NCBI GenBank assembly: GCA_946965045.2
Contig: OX337228.1
Coordinates: forward strand, 930,001-994,000
Direction: 5' to 3'
Source: Epithemia pelagica
Lineage: Eukaryota; Protista; Bacillariophyta
DNA: 64,000 nucleotides
Notes under the pieces: generated by a model
Databases searched by the model: none
What the model saw: only the letters and a program-made list of their open reading frames with translations
Told to the model about the DNA's origin: nothing
In this document: positions 51,101 to 62,443 of the stretch, one piece after another
How the letters are laid out: each line of letters begins with the position of its first letter
Numbering within the stretch: position 1 is the stretch's first letter
Made by a program: the position numbers and the translations under genes

Positions 51101-53019
51101 TTGGTCGTGGCAAGCGCGCACGCAAGCCCAATCCTAAGTATGCTGCGTACTCGCGCGAACGGTGGAAAGAACACGCCTTATTTGGTCACGACGATTATGC
51201 GCGACTCAAGGTGAAACGTGACTGCCTTAACGATTCATTCCTGGCAAGACTTGATTGGACCTCAACCATTCGTGACCTCAAGTCATCTCAGTCAACGCTG
51301 ATGAGTCGCATCCTAGCTATGAACACCAACCCTAAGACGGAAACTGTGGAAGCTATGCATCCGATGTTCCTCATTACCAAGGCCGACGCAGCAGATAACC
51401 CACGATGGAACGAAGCCATGAGTGGACCAGATGCTGCTGGCTTCATGGAAGCATGCAAGAAGGAGATCGATACGCTATTCCGCCTGATGAAAGCCTGGAT
51501 AGTCGTCGATCGCGAACCTTGGATGAACGTCATCCCATCAACTTGGGCGTTCAAGAGAAAGCGTTTCCCAGATGGAACGGTCAAGAAGTTGAAAGCACGA
51601 TTCTGTGCTCGTGGAGATTACCAGGTGGAAGGGATAGACTTCTTCGACACCTTTGCTCCAGTGGTGAACTGGACTACAGTCCGCCTAATGCTTATCCTGT
51701 CGATTATCCTTAACCTTGCAACGGTGCAGGTAGACTATACTGCGGCATTCCTTCACGCCCCAATTGATCGTGATCCCAAATGGGACTCAATGACACGTCA
51801 AGAGCGGGAAAGGAGCGGTGTCTACGTTGAGATGCCCAGAGGATTCGGACAAGACGGCAAAGTACTGAAGCTGAAGCGTTCACTGTACGGCCTGAAACAA
51901 GCCCCACGGAATTTCTTTCAACACTTTAAAGGGCAATTGGAACGAGTCGGCTTTGTTGCCCAGGACTCGGTTGATCCATGCCTATTTATTTCGGACAAGG
52001 TAATAGCCGTAGTCTATGTGGATGACACGCTATTTTACAGTCCCAAAAGAGAGTACATTGATGAGGTACTCAACAGACTGAAAACCGAAGAGCACGCAGA
52101 ACTCGATGTTGAGGATAGCGTTGCTGGTTTTCTGGGTGTCCATATTGAAAGGGACGAGACCCAAGGAACAATCAAGCTAGTACAGAAGGGCTTGATTAAA
52201 CGCATCTTAGAGGCCCTACAAGTTGGTGACTTGGACCGGAGTTGTACCCCAGCTCTTTCTAAGCCCCTGATAGAGGACAAGAATGGAGATCCCCCACAAG
52301 GCAGATACAATTATGCAAGTGTGATTGGGATGCTACAATATTTACAGGCACACAGTCGCCCCGACATTACCTATGCGGTGAGCCAATGTGCACGCTTTGC
52401 TTTCAGTCCAAAGAGATCCCATGAGCAAGCGGTTGAAAAGATTGGACAGTACCTTAAGCACACGCAAGACCAAGGACTGATCCTTAAGCCCGCCACAAGT
52501 CTGGACATCGATTGTTTTGTCGACGCCGACTTCGCTGGATTGTGGCCATATGAAGAAAAGCTGGACTCGACCTGTGTGAAAAGTCGTACAGGATTTGTGA
52601 TCTGTCTGGCAAATTGTCCCATGGTTTGGACAAGTAAACTACAAACATCCATTGCCTTGAGCACTATGGAGGCCGAATATAACGCACTGAGTGAGTCGTT
52701 GAAATCGGTCCTACCACTACAAGAGTTGCTGACCCACGTTGCAGAAGGAGTTGGGCTCAGCAAAGAATACACAACAACATTTAAAACGACAATCTGGGAA
52801 GATAACATGGGAGCCTTGACTTTGGCCAACCTAGAACCCGGGCGGATCACACCACGATCGAAATACTACGCTGTTAAGATTCATTGGTTTCGACAGCATA
52901 TCAGTGATCGGCTGCGAGTCGTCAAAGTGGATACGACACAACAACGCGCCGACATCTTGACGAAAGGTCTCACACAAACCACATTCGAACACATTCGGAA
53001 GCTCCTCTGTGGGTGGTGA
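48127..53019 (+). CDS. pol: Copia Pol (protease, integrase, reverse transcriptase, RNase H), in the same frame as gag after a single TGA
   Basis: VIDTGAS (protease); HWKLGH..C..C, SLDQ, ADN and QNGVAER (integrase); KLKARFC, SLYGLKQAP and YVDD (RT); FVDADFAG, EAEY, WEDN and ADILTK (RNase H). The frame is open from 48127. Confidence 0.93.
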   Translation, partial: WRGRRPRVDAGHPFPQTSLPRRDTWVTSVWLLFSFSVILVLCFRSMMHWALSFESQYCPLCPFACASFVSICLREGGARGRNPFSRAMFGPNQIRRRRKTRIYHVRRRFTTQSMAFNVVTDSTVTWAGTIDIQRTPFTRARARLPRRRARRGKKPKHKKATIPRRSATDSYEFNFQGIYVPTTWTIQQEEPPDRTSERLSRWFGTMEELEDAIFKPWPRKGPDPLAQFHAIRVLSGSPFSKSHAPKKRMQKAMIAAAKLTGAVPSQVKQGSLPPLLQQRMSVYLNAADDADLPVVIDTGASTSLTPRLEDFDGPIKDCETTELNGLSSTTTVVGVGMAAWTLKDVFGVVRTIRTRAYYVPEAQIRLFSPQTYFQEQAKGELSVNAFRSRLTLHDGSELEFPFHPNSNLPLMLSGRQTKMGLAFEDVMALSKEFDCHGLMSVADEVNQNVTQAQRELLTWHWKLGHANFEWIQDLCRDPKTDRRRILRTRHRHVSSCPVNGLRCAACQLGKQRRRGANTQHTNTKDGRFMVTRSNNLRPGDCVSLDQYDSTLTGRLPHTRGKEPKKDQYTGGTLFIDHATGLMHCVHQVSLNTGETIEAKLQFERFAQDHGVTVKSYLADNAPFGNTKFVDAVKHAGQSLSFSGVGAHHQNGVAERGVRTVTSWARTMMLHAVLHWPEHAHDLSLWPFALNHAVWMWNNLPKRGSFMAPLELFSGTVFPTLDHLHRSHVWGCPVYVLDPKIQDGKKLPKWSPRARRGQYLGVSPDHSSTVGLILNIATGYVSPQYHVVYDDLFSSVPNAKTGGVLQQDMFTGSFWDQLVASGLERIDDGDFEDEQPQPPPLHQDWLTPEEIDALRHQQNDMARINPLPMPPILPPRAPAPEGAAAPEGALVPLAPEGEDNGDGEINDGEPLFPPLDLDVEPNPPAAPPDDDPQDLIPPLVMDGVWDGPNNSTIDSGDEVVIFENEEQDVEDPVRAQEKMRRAQHLEQPDEMHFGRGKRARKPNPKYAAYSRERWKEHALFGHDDYARLKVKRDCLNDSFLARLDWTSTIRDLKSSQSTLMSRILAMNTNPKTETVEAMHPMFLITKADAADNPRWNEAMSGPDAAGFMEACKKEIDTLFRLMKAWIVVDREPWMNVIPSTWAFKRKRFPDGTVKKLKARFCARGDYQVEGIDFFDTFAPVVNWTTVRLMLILSIILNLATVQVDYTAAFLHAPIDRDPKWDSMTRQERERSGVYVEMPRGFGQDGKVLKLKRSLYGLKQAPRNFFQHFKGQLERVGFVAQDSVDPCLFISDKVIAVVYVDDTLFYSPKREYIDEVLNRLKTEEHAELDVEDSVAGFLGVHIERDETQGTIKLVQKGLIKRILEALQVGDLDRSCTPALSKPLIEDKNGDPPQGRYNYASVIGMLQYLQAHSRPDITYAVSQCARFAFSPKRSHEQAVEKIGQYLKHTQDQGLILKPATSLDIDCFVDADFAGLWPYEEKLDSTCVKSRTGFVICLANCPMVWTSKLQTSIALSTMEAEYNALSESLKSVLPLQELLTHVAEGVGLSKEYTTTFKTTIWEDNMGALTLANLEPGRITPRSKYYAVKIHWFRQHISDRLRVVKVDTTQQRADILTKGLTQTTFEHIRKLLCGW

Positions 53020-53077
53020 CCAAATCTATTCTCACAATTTACACATTTCAAAGCCATTATCTCATCCGTGTTCGGCT

Positions 53078-53086
53078 GAGAGGGAG
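53078..53086 (+). other. Polypurine tract GAGAGGGAG
   Basis: Purine run abutting the 3' LTR. Confidence 0.8.
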
Positions 53087-53255
53087 TGAAAAGGGCGCGA
53101 CCTAATGGAGACTAGCCATAGGGCTGACGTATAGGGTCGACGTCACCTTGCCCAACCAGCCTCACACTCTGGATGACGCACTACTTGCATATCTTTTAGG
53201 AACGTACGAACTAGGTAATCTTCTATCATAATTTTACGAATACATACCCTTTTCA
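53087..53255 (+). repeat. 3' LTR (169 bp)
   Basis: Matches 46158-46326. Confidence 0.96.
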
Positions 53256-53969
53256 CCTTTGAGCAAGTCGGTCAAAAGCTTAGCAATCATTCCGATACCT
53301 CCATTGGAGCAGAGTTACCAGCAACATTTATGAATCACACACATTGATTATGATCGGCAAAAAATGTATTTTAACTTGTTGATTCGTATTCATGTTGAGA
53401 CTGCAGGCGGGAAATCAAGTCATAGCCTCCACGTATGACCTTTCACTGTATAGTACATAAAAATAATTCTATGCAAAGACATAAAAGAGAGTACTTCTGG
53501 GTCAACGCGACGCACAGAAACATATTCGATAGCACTTATTCGTTGACATTCCGGTAACTCAAAGTATTGGCCGTTTCGTGGACTCCCGTAGTGCAACGAT
53601 TATGCCCCTATGAACTACCTAGAGTATAAGAAAGCATTTCATGGAATGTGCAAAGGCTGAGTGGGAAATAAATCTCAAAACAGAAACGACGTCTCCAACA
53701 TGAGAATCCAAGTTACGAACATATCAAAGATATCCGTACCACACATATCAGATTGGTTGACTGCGCCAACGTGGGAATCCCAGTTGCTCTCATTTTGTGT
53801 TCTTCGATTCGAATCTTCAAAGGACATTAGTTCAGTATCACCACATTGCCACATCAACTACCTATTTGTATTGTGTACGCAGACCATTTTAAATAATATT
53901 ATGCACCTTTTCTGATGAAGATAATACGACTAAAGCAACTGATATTCTTGGTGAATAGGGCGTCTTTTT

Positions 53970-56900
53970 TCACGCTATCACAGCTACCGTAGCATTCATG
54001 AACTTCTTTTTCTTCTTTTTGCTCTTTGCACTCTTTGCACTCTTTGCACTCTTTTCACTCTTTTCACTCTTTTCACTCTTCTTACTCTTTTCACTCTTCT
54101 TACTCTTTTCACTCTTCTTACTCTTTTCACTCTTCTTACTCTTTTCACTCTTTTTGCTTGTACTGTCGGACTCTTTCCACTCTTTTTACTCTTTCCACCC
54201 TTTCCACTCTTCTTGCTCGTACTACTCTCCGCAGCCGGCGGAACATCAGGGGTGGGTTCGTCAGTACTACTTGACGGAGATTGGGTTGGCTGTGCTGTCG
54301 GAACGGCAGTCGGAGCGGCCGTAGGGACACTAGTTGGTGCACTTGTTGGAACCAAAGTGGGACCGGTAGTAGGGACAGTGGTTGGTTCACGTGTTGGAAT
54401 TGACGTTGGTAAAAGAGTGGGTAGTGCAGTCGGTAGTTCAGTTGGAACATCTGTTGGAGAACTCGTAGGGACTAACGTAGGTTCAGAAGTCGGCTGTGCA
54501 GTAGGAATCCGAGTTGGTAACAAAGTTGGGAAAAGTGTCGGCAAACTAGTGGGAACGGAAGTCGGAACAGAAGTTGGTTCACTTGTGGGCGAATCCGCTC
54601 CGACAGCACCTCCAGTCGGAGAAACACCACTATCAATTGTTGGAGCCGAAGTTGGAGCAGTTGTTGGAGCACTCGTTGGTGTGTCTGTAGGCAAACTAGT
54701 CGGCGCTCCTGTCGGTAATGACGTTGGTGCACTTGTCGGACTACTCGTTGGACTACCTGTAGGACTTGACGTTGGGGCTGTGGGACTACCTGTCGGAGAC
54801 GCTGTTGCTACTTGTTGGAGAAGACGTTGGGGCTGTAGCAGCTGATGTAGAAAGACGTGTAGGGCCCGCAGCTGAACCACTTGTTGGTGCAGATGTCGGA
54901 GCTGACGTTGGGCCGGCGGTAAGACCAGATGTTGGACCAGATGTGGGTTCATCTGTGGGAGTACTCGTTGGTGATGAAGTTGGCTCGCTGGTAGGCGACG
55001 AAGTTGGTCCGCTTGTCGGACTGGTTGTTGGTCCACTTGTAGGTCCCGATGTCGGAGCTGACGTTGGGCCGGCTGTCGGTACTGAAGTTGGGGCTGTTGG
55101 GCTACCTGTTGGAGAAGACGGTGGGGCTATCGGACTTGCTGTAGGACTTAACGTTGGGGCTGTAGAATTGGACGTTGGTTGTGCCGTTGGAGCACTTGTT
55201 GGCTGTGAAGTGGGGCTGCTTGTTGGTTCCGCCGTCGGGGCTGTCGTAGGACCGGAGGTTGGTTGACTAGTCGGACCCGCAGTTAATCCACTTGTAGGTC
55301 CACTTGATGGTGCAGATGTCGTAGCTGACATTGGTCCGGTGGTAGGACCAGATGTTGGACCAGATGTGGGTTCATCTGTGGGACTACTCGTTGGTGACGA
55401 AGTTGGCTCGCCGGTCGGCGACGATGTTGGTCCACTTGTTGGTCCGCTTGTTGGTCCCGATGTCGGAGCTGACGTTGGGCCGGCTGACGGTACTGAAGTT
55501 GGGGCTGTTGGGCTACCTGTTGGAGAAGACGTTGGGGCTGTCGGACTTGCTGTAGGACTTGACGTTGGGGCTCTTGGATTGGACGTTGGTTGTGCCGTTG
55601 GTGCACTTGTTGGCTGTGAAGTGGGGCTGCTTGTTGGTTCCGCCGTCGGGGCTGTCGTAGGACCGGAGGTTGGTTGACTAGTCGGACCCGCAGTTAATCC
55701 ACTTGTAGGTCCACTTGTTGGTGCAGATGTCGTAGCTGACGTTGGTCCGGTGGAAGGACCAGATGTTGGACCAGATGTGGGTTCATCTGTGGGAGTACTC
55801 GTTGGTGATGAAGTTGGCTCGCTGGTCGGCGACGATGTTGGTCCACTTGTTGGTCCACTTGTAGGTCCCGATGTCGGAGCTGACGTTGGGCCGGCTGTCG
55901 GTACTGAAGTTAGGGCTGTTGGGCTACCTGTTGGAGAAGACGGTGGGGCTGTCGGACTTGCTGTAGGACTTGACGTTGGGGCTGTAGAATTGGACGTTGG
56001 TTGTGCCGTTGGAGCACTTGTTGGCTGTGAAGTGGGGCTGCTTGTTGGTTCCGCCGTCGGGACTGTCGTAGGACCGGAGGTTGGTTGACTAGTCGGACCC
56101 GCAGTTGGTCCACTTGTAGGTCCACTTGTTGGTGCAGATGTTGTAGCTGACGTTGGTCCGGTGGTAGGACCAGATGTTGGACCAGATGTGGGTTCATCTG
56201 TGGGAGTACTCGTTGGTGATGAAGTTGGCTCGCTGGTCGGTGACGATGTTGGTCCACTTGTTGGTCCACTTGTAGGTCCCGATGTCGGAGCTGACGTTGG
56301 GCCGGCTGTCGGTACTGAAGTTGGGGCTGTTGGGCTACCTGTTGGAGAAGACGTTGGGGCTATCGGACTTGCTGTAGGACTTGACGTTGGGGCTGTTGGA
56401 TTGGACGTTGGTTGTGCCGTTGGTGCACTTGTTGGCTGTGAAGTGGGGCTGCTTGTTGGTTCCGCCGTCGGGGCTGTCGTAGGACCGGAGGTTGGTTGAC
56501 TAGTCGGACCCGCAGTTAATCCACTTGTAGGTCCACTTGTTGGTGCAGATGTTGTAGCTGACGTTGGTCCGGTGGAAGGACCAGATGTTGGACCAGATGT
56601 GGGTTCATCTGTGGGAGTACTCGTTGGTGATGAAGTTGGCTCGCTGGTCGGTGACGATGTTGGTCCACTTGTTGGTCCACTTGTAGGTCCCGATGTCGGA
56701 GCTGACGTTGGGCCGGCTGTCGGTACTGAAGTTGGGGCTGTTGGGCTACCTGTTGGAGACGACGTTGGGGCTGTCGGACTTGCTGTAGGACTTGACGTTG
56801 GGGCAGTTGGATTGGACGTTGGTGGTGCCGTTGGTGCACTTGTTGGCTGTGAAGTGTGGCTGCTTGTTGGTCCCGCAGTCGGAGCTGTCGTCGGACCATT

Positions 56901-58806
56901 CGTTGATGCACTTGTGGGCGCTGAGGTAGGACTGTTTGTTGGTGTTGCCGTCGGAGCTGTAGTTGGACCGGCTGATGGCTGACTTGTCGGACCCGCAGTT
57001 GGTCCACTTGTTGGTGCACTCGTTGGTTGACTTGTTGGTGTCGATGTTGGAGCTGACGTTGGGCCATCTGTCGGCGCAGATGTGGGACCAGCAGTCGGTT
57101 GTGTTGTCGGAGCTGATGCTGGGGCATCTGTTGGAGCTGCTGTTGGACCTACAGTTGGTGCCGCTGTTGGAGTACTCGTGGGTGTTTCAGTAGGCTCACC
57201 GGTCGGTGATGTTGTTGGTAATGACGTTGGTGCACTTGTCGGACTGCTCGTTGGTCCACTTGTAGGTGACGTTGTCGGAGCTGACGTTGGGCCGGCTGTC
57301 GGAGATGATGTTGGTGCCGTGGGACTGCTCGTTGGAGACGACGTTGGGGCTTTAGGACTTTCTGTAGGACTCGACGTAAGGGCAGTTGGATTCGACGTTG
57401 GTTGTACCGTTGGCGCACTTGTCGGCTGTGAAGTCGGGCTGCTTGTTGGTGCCGCCGTCGGGGCTGTCGTAGGACCATTCGTTGGTGCAGTTGTGGGTGC
57501 TGAGGTAGGACTGTTTGTTGGTGTCGCCGTCGGACCTGCTGTTGGCTGACTCGTTGGACCCGCAGTTGGTGCACTTGTTAGTGCACTCGTTGGTTGACTT
57601 GTGGGTGTGGATGTTGGAGCAGACGTTGGGCCATCTGTCGGAGCAGATGTGGGACCAACAGTCGGTTGGGTTGTCGGAGCGGATGTTGGGCCATCTGTCG
57701 GAGCAAATGTGGGACCAGCAGTAGGCTCTGTTGTCGGAGCTGATGTTGGGCCATTTGTGGGAGCAGATGTGAGACCAGCGGTTGGTTCTGATGTCGGAGC
57801 GGATGTTGGGCCGGCTGTCGGAGCTGATGTGGGACCATCAGTTGGTTCTGCTGTTGGAGTACTCGTTGGGGTTTCCGTAGGCTCACTGGTCGGCAACGAT
57901 GTTGGTGATGACGTCGGTGCACTTGTCGGACTGCTCGTCGGATTTTCAGTCGGCTCAGTTGTAGGACCACTCGTAGGTGAGCTCGTTGGTTGACTGGTTG
58001 GTGTTGATGTGGGAGTGTTCGTCGGGCCGTCTGTGGAACTTGCAGTGGGATTGTCAGTGGGATTGTCAGTTGGCTGTGATGTGGGAGTACTCGTGGGTGT
58101 TTCAGTGGGCTCACTGGTAGGGGTGGACGTAGGTTGACTGGTCAAAGGTGTGGTGGGACCGGCCGTGGGTTGATTAGTGGGATTGTTCGTGGGCGCAGAT
58201 GTCGGGGTCGATGTGGGATTGTCGGTTGGTGCGTCCGTGGGCTGACTTGTGGGACTGTTGGCCGGATCATTGAGTCGTCGGCGGGAAATACCCGGTCGCA
58301 AATGCCCCCCGAGATTGGTCGAGTCGGTTTTTTCTCGGTCGTCATCGTACGGAACGCGTTTGGAAAGATTCGAATTCGTGATTGGTGGTTTCGACGGGTT
58401 CGTATCATCCTGGTGCGATGAATGGGATGTTTGGTCTTTTTCGGACCACAAGGATCCAAAAACCTTGAAGACTGGAAGCTGACTTTGTCACAGACGTGGG
58501 ATGTTCAGTTGTGTTATGAGAACTATTGTCCTCAGCAGTCTTGGTTGTCACATTCATGTTGCATGGGTCGGCTTCGTTGCAGATCGTCGTTTTACTTTCC
58601 TCCAACAACATGGCGTCGGAAGGTACGGGAGGAGTTGGCGTTGGAGGAGGCGGGGACGACAAGGAGACGACATGGTCTTTTCGTCTGTCGGGGTTGGTGG
58701 ACTTGGCAAAACTGGTTCCACACAAGAGCTGTACAACAAGGAGTGCGTGGAGCAAGTGGGTCCCCCGTTTCCCCACAGTAGCAATTCTACAGGAGGAGGA
58801 AACCAT
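53970..58806 (-). pseudogene. Mucin-like paralog 3, diverged, with frameshifts at about 58455, 54807 and 54163
   Basis: Same signal peptide and RRRL. Apparent 2-nt deletions at TGG-[TC]-ATCC and AGC-[CC]-AACA, plus a shift before the Lys block. 137-aa (411-nt) repeat units and many P>L and P>S substitutions. The indels could be consensus errors. Confidence 0.75.
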
Positions 58807-60369
58807 GGTGGTGGGGAGCGTTTGCTTTGCTCCAAAATGGTACTATCTCTAGTAGGTCGACAAGAGGGCTCACGGTCAATGTCCCTGGTGGTGGAGCCTC
58901 AAAGCTTTGATGAAACCAAACGGATCAAATGAAAAAGATGAGATTCCAAGGTCGTAAAGTGACGAAAACACTTGTACAACAACGGCAATGTTGTCAATCA
59001 CTTCTTGTCGAATGATAAATGGTAACCTTTTTGGTTTGTCCCCCAAATGGTGTATATTGAGAGTACAAGCCAACGGGTTTGTTCAACAGTCATTTCCAAA
59101 AGTGGCAGGGCTCCCGTCCTCGACACCACATTGACGTTAGTCCTATAGTACTCCCAACCCGATATCTCTACTACGGAGCTTAAATTGAACTGTCCAGTTT
59201 CTACTAGCTTCTGGGCAATACAAAGATTTATGCTCTGATGGGGTACGAGTACTCGTAGGGTACGAATTACGAGTACGAGTAGCTGCTAGCGAAGAACGCT
59301 TTCAATTCTCCTCGCACATTTCCAATTATTCAATTTTCGATTCCGAGATATTTTTTCGATCGTGGTGCCTTGGTCGGCTTAAGTACGAGTACTCGTACAC
59401 CTACTTAGCCGAACATGGATCGGCTTACCCAGCCCTTACGTGGTACGGACCCAGTGCCAGGTCCTACGAGGAACGAGTACTACGAGCTCCACCGCACTGA
59501 AATTGCACAACCAGTAGCCCGTGCTTTTTTGGTCCCCAACTTTTTCTATAATGATTCTAGCTTCGTAGAAAGACCACTACGGTCATTTTGCACTGCATAA
59601 CACCACCATGGACGATAAAGACCGCTGTGCACCTCCAACGAAAGGTGCTAGTACTCCTCTGAACACCCAGGGGGCTGATCTTCATGTGTACCGTGAACGG
59701 TGAAAAGGGCGGCGTTAAGATGTCTGTTTTCATGGACCTACGGCAAGATCTAGAAGACCTTCCATTTTTGGGTTGGAAGGAAGCAATGAGAGGATCAAGA
59801 TTGGAGTCTGATAATGGTGCAATGAACGAAGATTGCAGGGATGGACGACAATGGAAGCTCCGAAATGGATGGATGAGGCACAGGAGAGCAGCGGCAAGGA
59901 CACGCGGCAATCAACTGGAGGATTCCGAACCGCAAACATGACGTGAATCTCGGCAACCGCATCGAAGGAAGTGACAATCAGAAGACGATGCCAAGGGAGA
60001 CAATGAATCCAGCAATTCACTTAACGTCCGTCCGCATGCAACAATCAACTTCTTAGTTTTGCGTGGTCCGAACACAGCAAATGAAAGCGTCGTCGGGTTG
60101 GTTTAAACGCAACAAGCAACAAAAGTTTGGTTCGACCAAACAAGGAAACAAACGCAACCATGGGTGGACAGACTACTTCTGTCGCAGCCAACAATGGTGC
60201 TGCTGCTGCTGATTGTTCGAGTGGAAGAAGGAGGGGATGCCGTGGAGCTGCGGCAGCGGTAGACGAAGATGGTGTGGTCGTCCTCCTTCTTCTACATTGC
60301 GACGAAACAATCAACTCCTTGTCTTTTCGTTACCCTCACCCAACAAATCGGAGCCTCGTCCATTGGAGG

Positions 60370-60720
60370 TAACAAGCGGCAACAACCACAACAAGCGGCG
60401 ACAACCACAACAAGCGGCGACAACCACAAAGACAGCAAGCGGTGACAATGACAACAACAACCCAAAGCTCGCTGAGACCGAACGAAACACGCGGCGACAA
60501 CCACCACAACAACAAGCGGTGACAACGACAACAACAACCAACTACTCGCTGCCGCCGAACGAAACACTCGGCGACAAGGACAACACTCGGACAACAACAA
60601 CCCCAATGCAACAATCAACGATCGAACATGGGATGGTGGTGAAACAAAAATCAACAAAAGAAAGGATCGCGAACGAGGATGGATGAACAAGGATGGATGG
60701 ACAAGGATGGATGAACGAGT
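60370..60720. repeat. Low-complexity (ACA)/(GCGGCGACAACC) repeats followed by GGAT repeats
   Basis: Visible CAA-rich repeats; two copies of ctcgctg..ccgaacgaaacac..ggcgacaa; (ggatggatgaacaa)-like repeats at about 60676-60716. Confidence 0.7.
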
Positions 60721-61036
60721 AGCGAAAGCCTACGACACATACAAAGCTATTTAGATGCTTTCTATTCGTAGATGGTCTCTATTAGTAGCTGTTCATATTC
60801 ATACTTGTAGAGAAGGCGGGTTGATTGTTGTGCCAGCGCCTCGTCTCCATGGTGATCGGTTTTAGTCCACCACGTGGGAGTGTGTGTCGGCATGTGAAGG
60901 GGGGGCAATTCATTTTACTCTATGAAAATGAATGGTGTATTATATCTCGTTGGGCCGGAAGTGCCACCGAGAATCAAAAATGTAAAGGACAGGCTACCGC
61001 GCGGAGAACTTTCGCTCGGTGGAGCTCGTAATATGA

Positions 61037-62443
61037 GAAACTCGATTGAGCCTTTCTGATTGTGGTTGGGGAGTCATTCATGGGTTCCCACGCCAACCGC
61101 CAACGCTCAACGCTCAATCCCCAAAAGTCACACAAGATGAAACATGAAACATGAAACATGAAACTTGACATACAAAATACAAAATACACAACATATCCGA
61201 CATCCGATGCTCGATACGGTTAAAGGTAATGTTTAATGTTTGTGGCAATAGGCGAAAAACATTGAAAGGGCCTTTTGGGAGATTCAATTCATCGCACCAC
61301 TAAACCCGATCAGAATCTCTTTTTCTTCAGGAAGCCCTCCTGCGGAAAGAAACAAGAGCACGAAGCCATGTGTGTGTGCGAGTTGTCCGCCGGTCTAACA
61401 GCCAACAGAGACGTCAAGAGGGCGCAAGAACAACCGACACGTGAAGGCGCATGGTAGAAACACTATTTCATCTTTGGCTCATGTCGTAGGGTCCAAACAA
61501 GCGAGGCACATGAATGCCGTCGCATCGAAAAACCTGTCCAAAAGACTTGCACGTTCTTGACTTCCTCATTGACCGAACTGTGGCGCCCGCCTACTCTGCT
61601 TTCTGGAATATGGGGATTACGTCGTTTTTTTCTGGAGCACCTACGTCTCTTGCACATTTGCTCATGGCTCCTCGACTTACTAGCAAGGACCAAAGGTTAC
61701 GACAGGAACATGTACATGTGTCCTTGGACACCAGCCACATGGACGAGAGAGCCACTTTCCTTCTTCTATTCGACTACCTCCAGCTAGGAATACGCGTTCT
61801 AGGATGGTGAGAAAAAACCGGCAAGAGACGTTGTGTGGAGCAGCAGAGTATTCGCCATGCGAGAGGATGTTGTAGTTGTTGTTGTTGTTGTTGTTGTACC
61901 TCATTCTCGTCAGTTCAGTGGTAGAAGAAGGAGGATTATGAACCAGATCCTTGATCCTTGCTCGTGCATTCACTGGTTGCATTCACTGGTTGAGCCTGGC
62001 ACTCCCCTTGACTTTTTTGTTATCCACGAAGACGGCGACTCTGGGTGGTCGACTCGGGTTCCAGTCTGTGATGGCAACGACAAGATCAAGAGTTTGTAAG
62101 AACCGCTGACGTAGACAGTCTCCACGGGTGGATCCCTGTGACTGTGGCTGTGGCTGTCATGCGCGTCCCAATGGGAATGGTCCGACAGTGTGTACTCGAG
62201 GTGCTCACTGAACGTTCAAGTTTCGTGAAATGCTCCTGTCTTCTTCTACTACCACTTGTATCGGAAAGCACGACCGGGAGGATCCGTTCCACCAAGGAAC
62301 TCTTGCTTCTTCCTCCTTTTGTTGTGATTCCATTACGTGTTTGTGCGGATTCGCACACCATGTTGTTTCTTGATGTCACTTTATACGACGACAGGAAGCC
62401 CGCGTAGTCAAGAACGAAGTGTGTGTCTGAGGAAAAGAGTCCA
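61037..62443. repeat. Diverged partial fourth copy of the spacer and X region
   Basis: Homologous to about 24565-26770 with many substitutions. It lacks a block of about 0.9 kb that includes the 59-bp repeat. Homology ends at gaggaaaagagtc. Confidence 0.85.

Larger units (their letters stand above)
46158..53255 (+). mobile_element. Full-length Ty1/copia LTR retrotransposon (CoDi-like), very recent insertion
   Basis: TG...CA LTRs, 5-bp TSD CCTTT (46153-46157, 53256-53260) and an empty site in units 1 and 2 (e.g. attacCCTTTgagc near 15170). Domain order PR-IN-RT-RH. Confidence 0.97.
42488..59385. repeat. Tandem segmental unit 3 (empty piggyBac and Harbinger sites; carries the MITE and copia; diverged mucin and upstream region)
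   Basis: X and Y are near-identical to units 1 and 2. The mucin and its upstream region are more diverged, and homology fades at about 59385. Confidence 0.85.

Noticed and set aside
47557-52850. Minus-strand and alternate-frame ORFs within the copia element
   Set aside because: Overlap gag/pol with no motifs; there is no evidence for an env-like or antisense gene.
59684-59941. 85-aa ORF (MDLRQDLEDLPFLGWKEA...)
   Set aside because: Short, flanked by frame breaks, no recognisable motif; not supportable as a gene.
60045-60690. Several overlapping T/N/Q- or V/C-rich ORFs
   Set aside because: Produced by low-complexity ACA repeats that are open in multiple frames.
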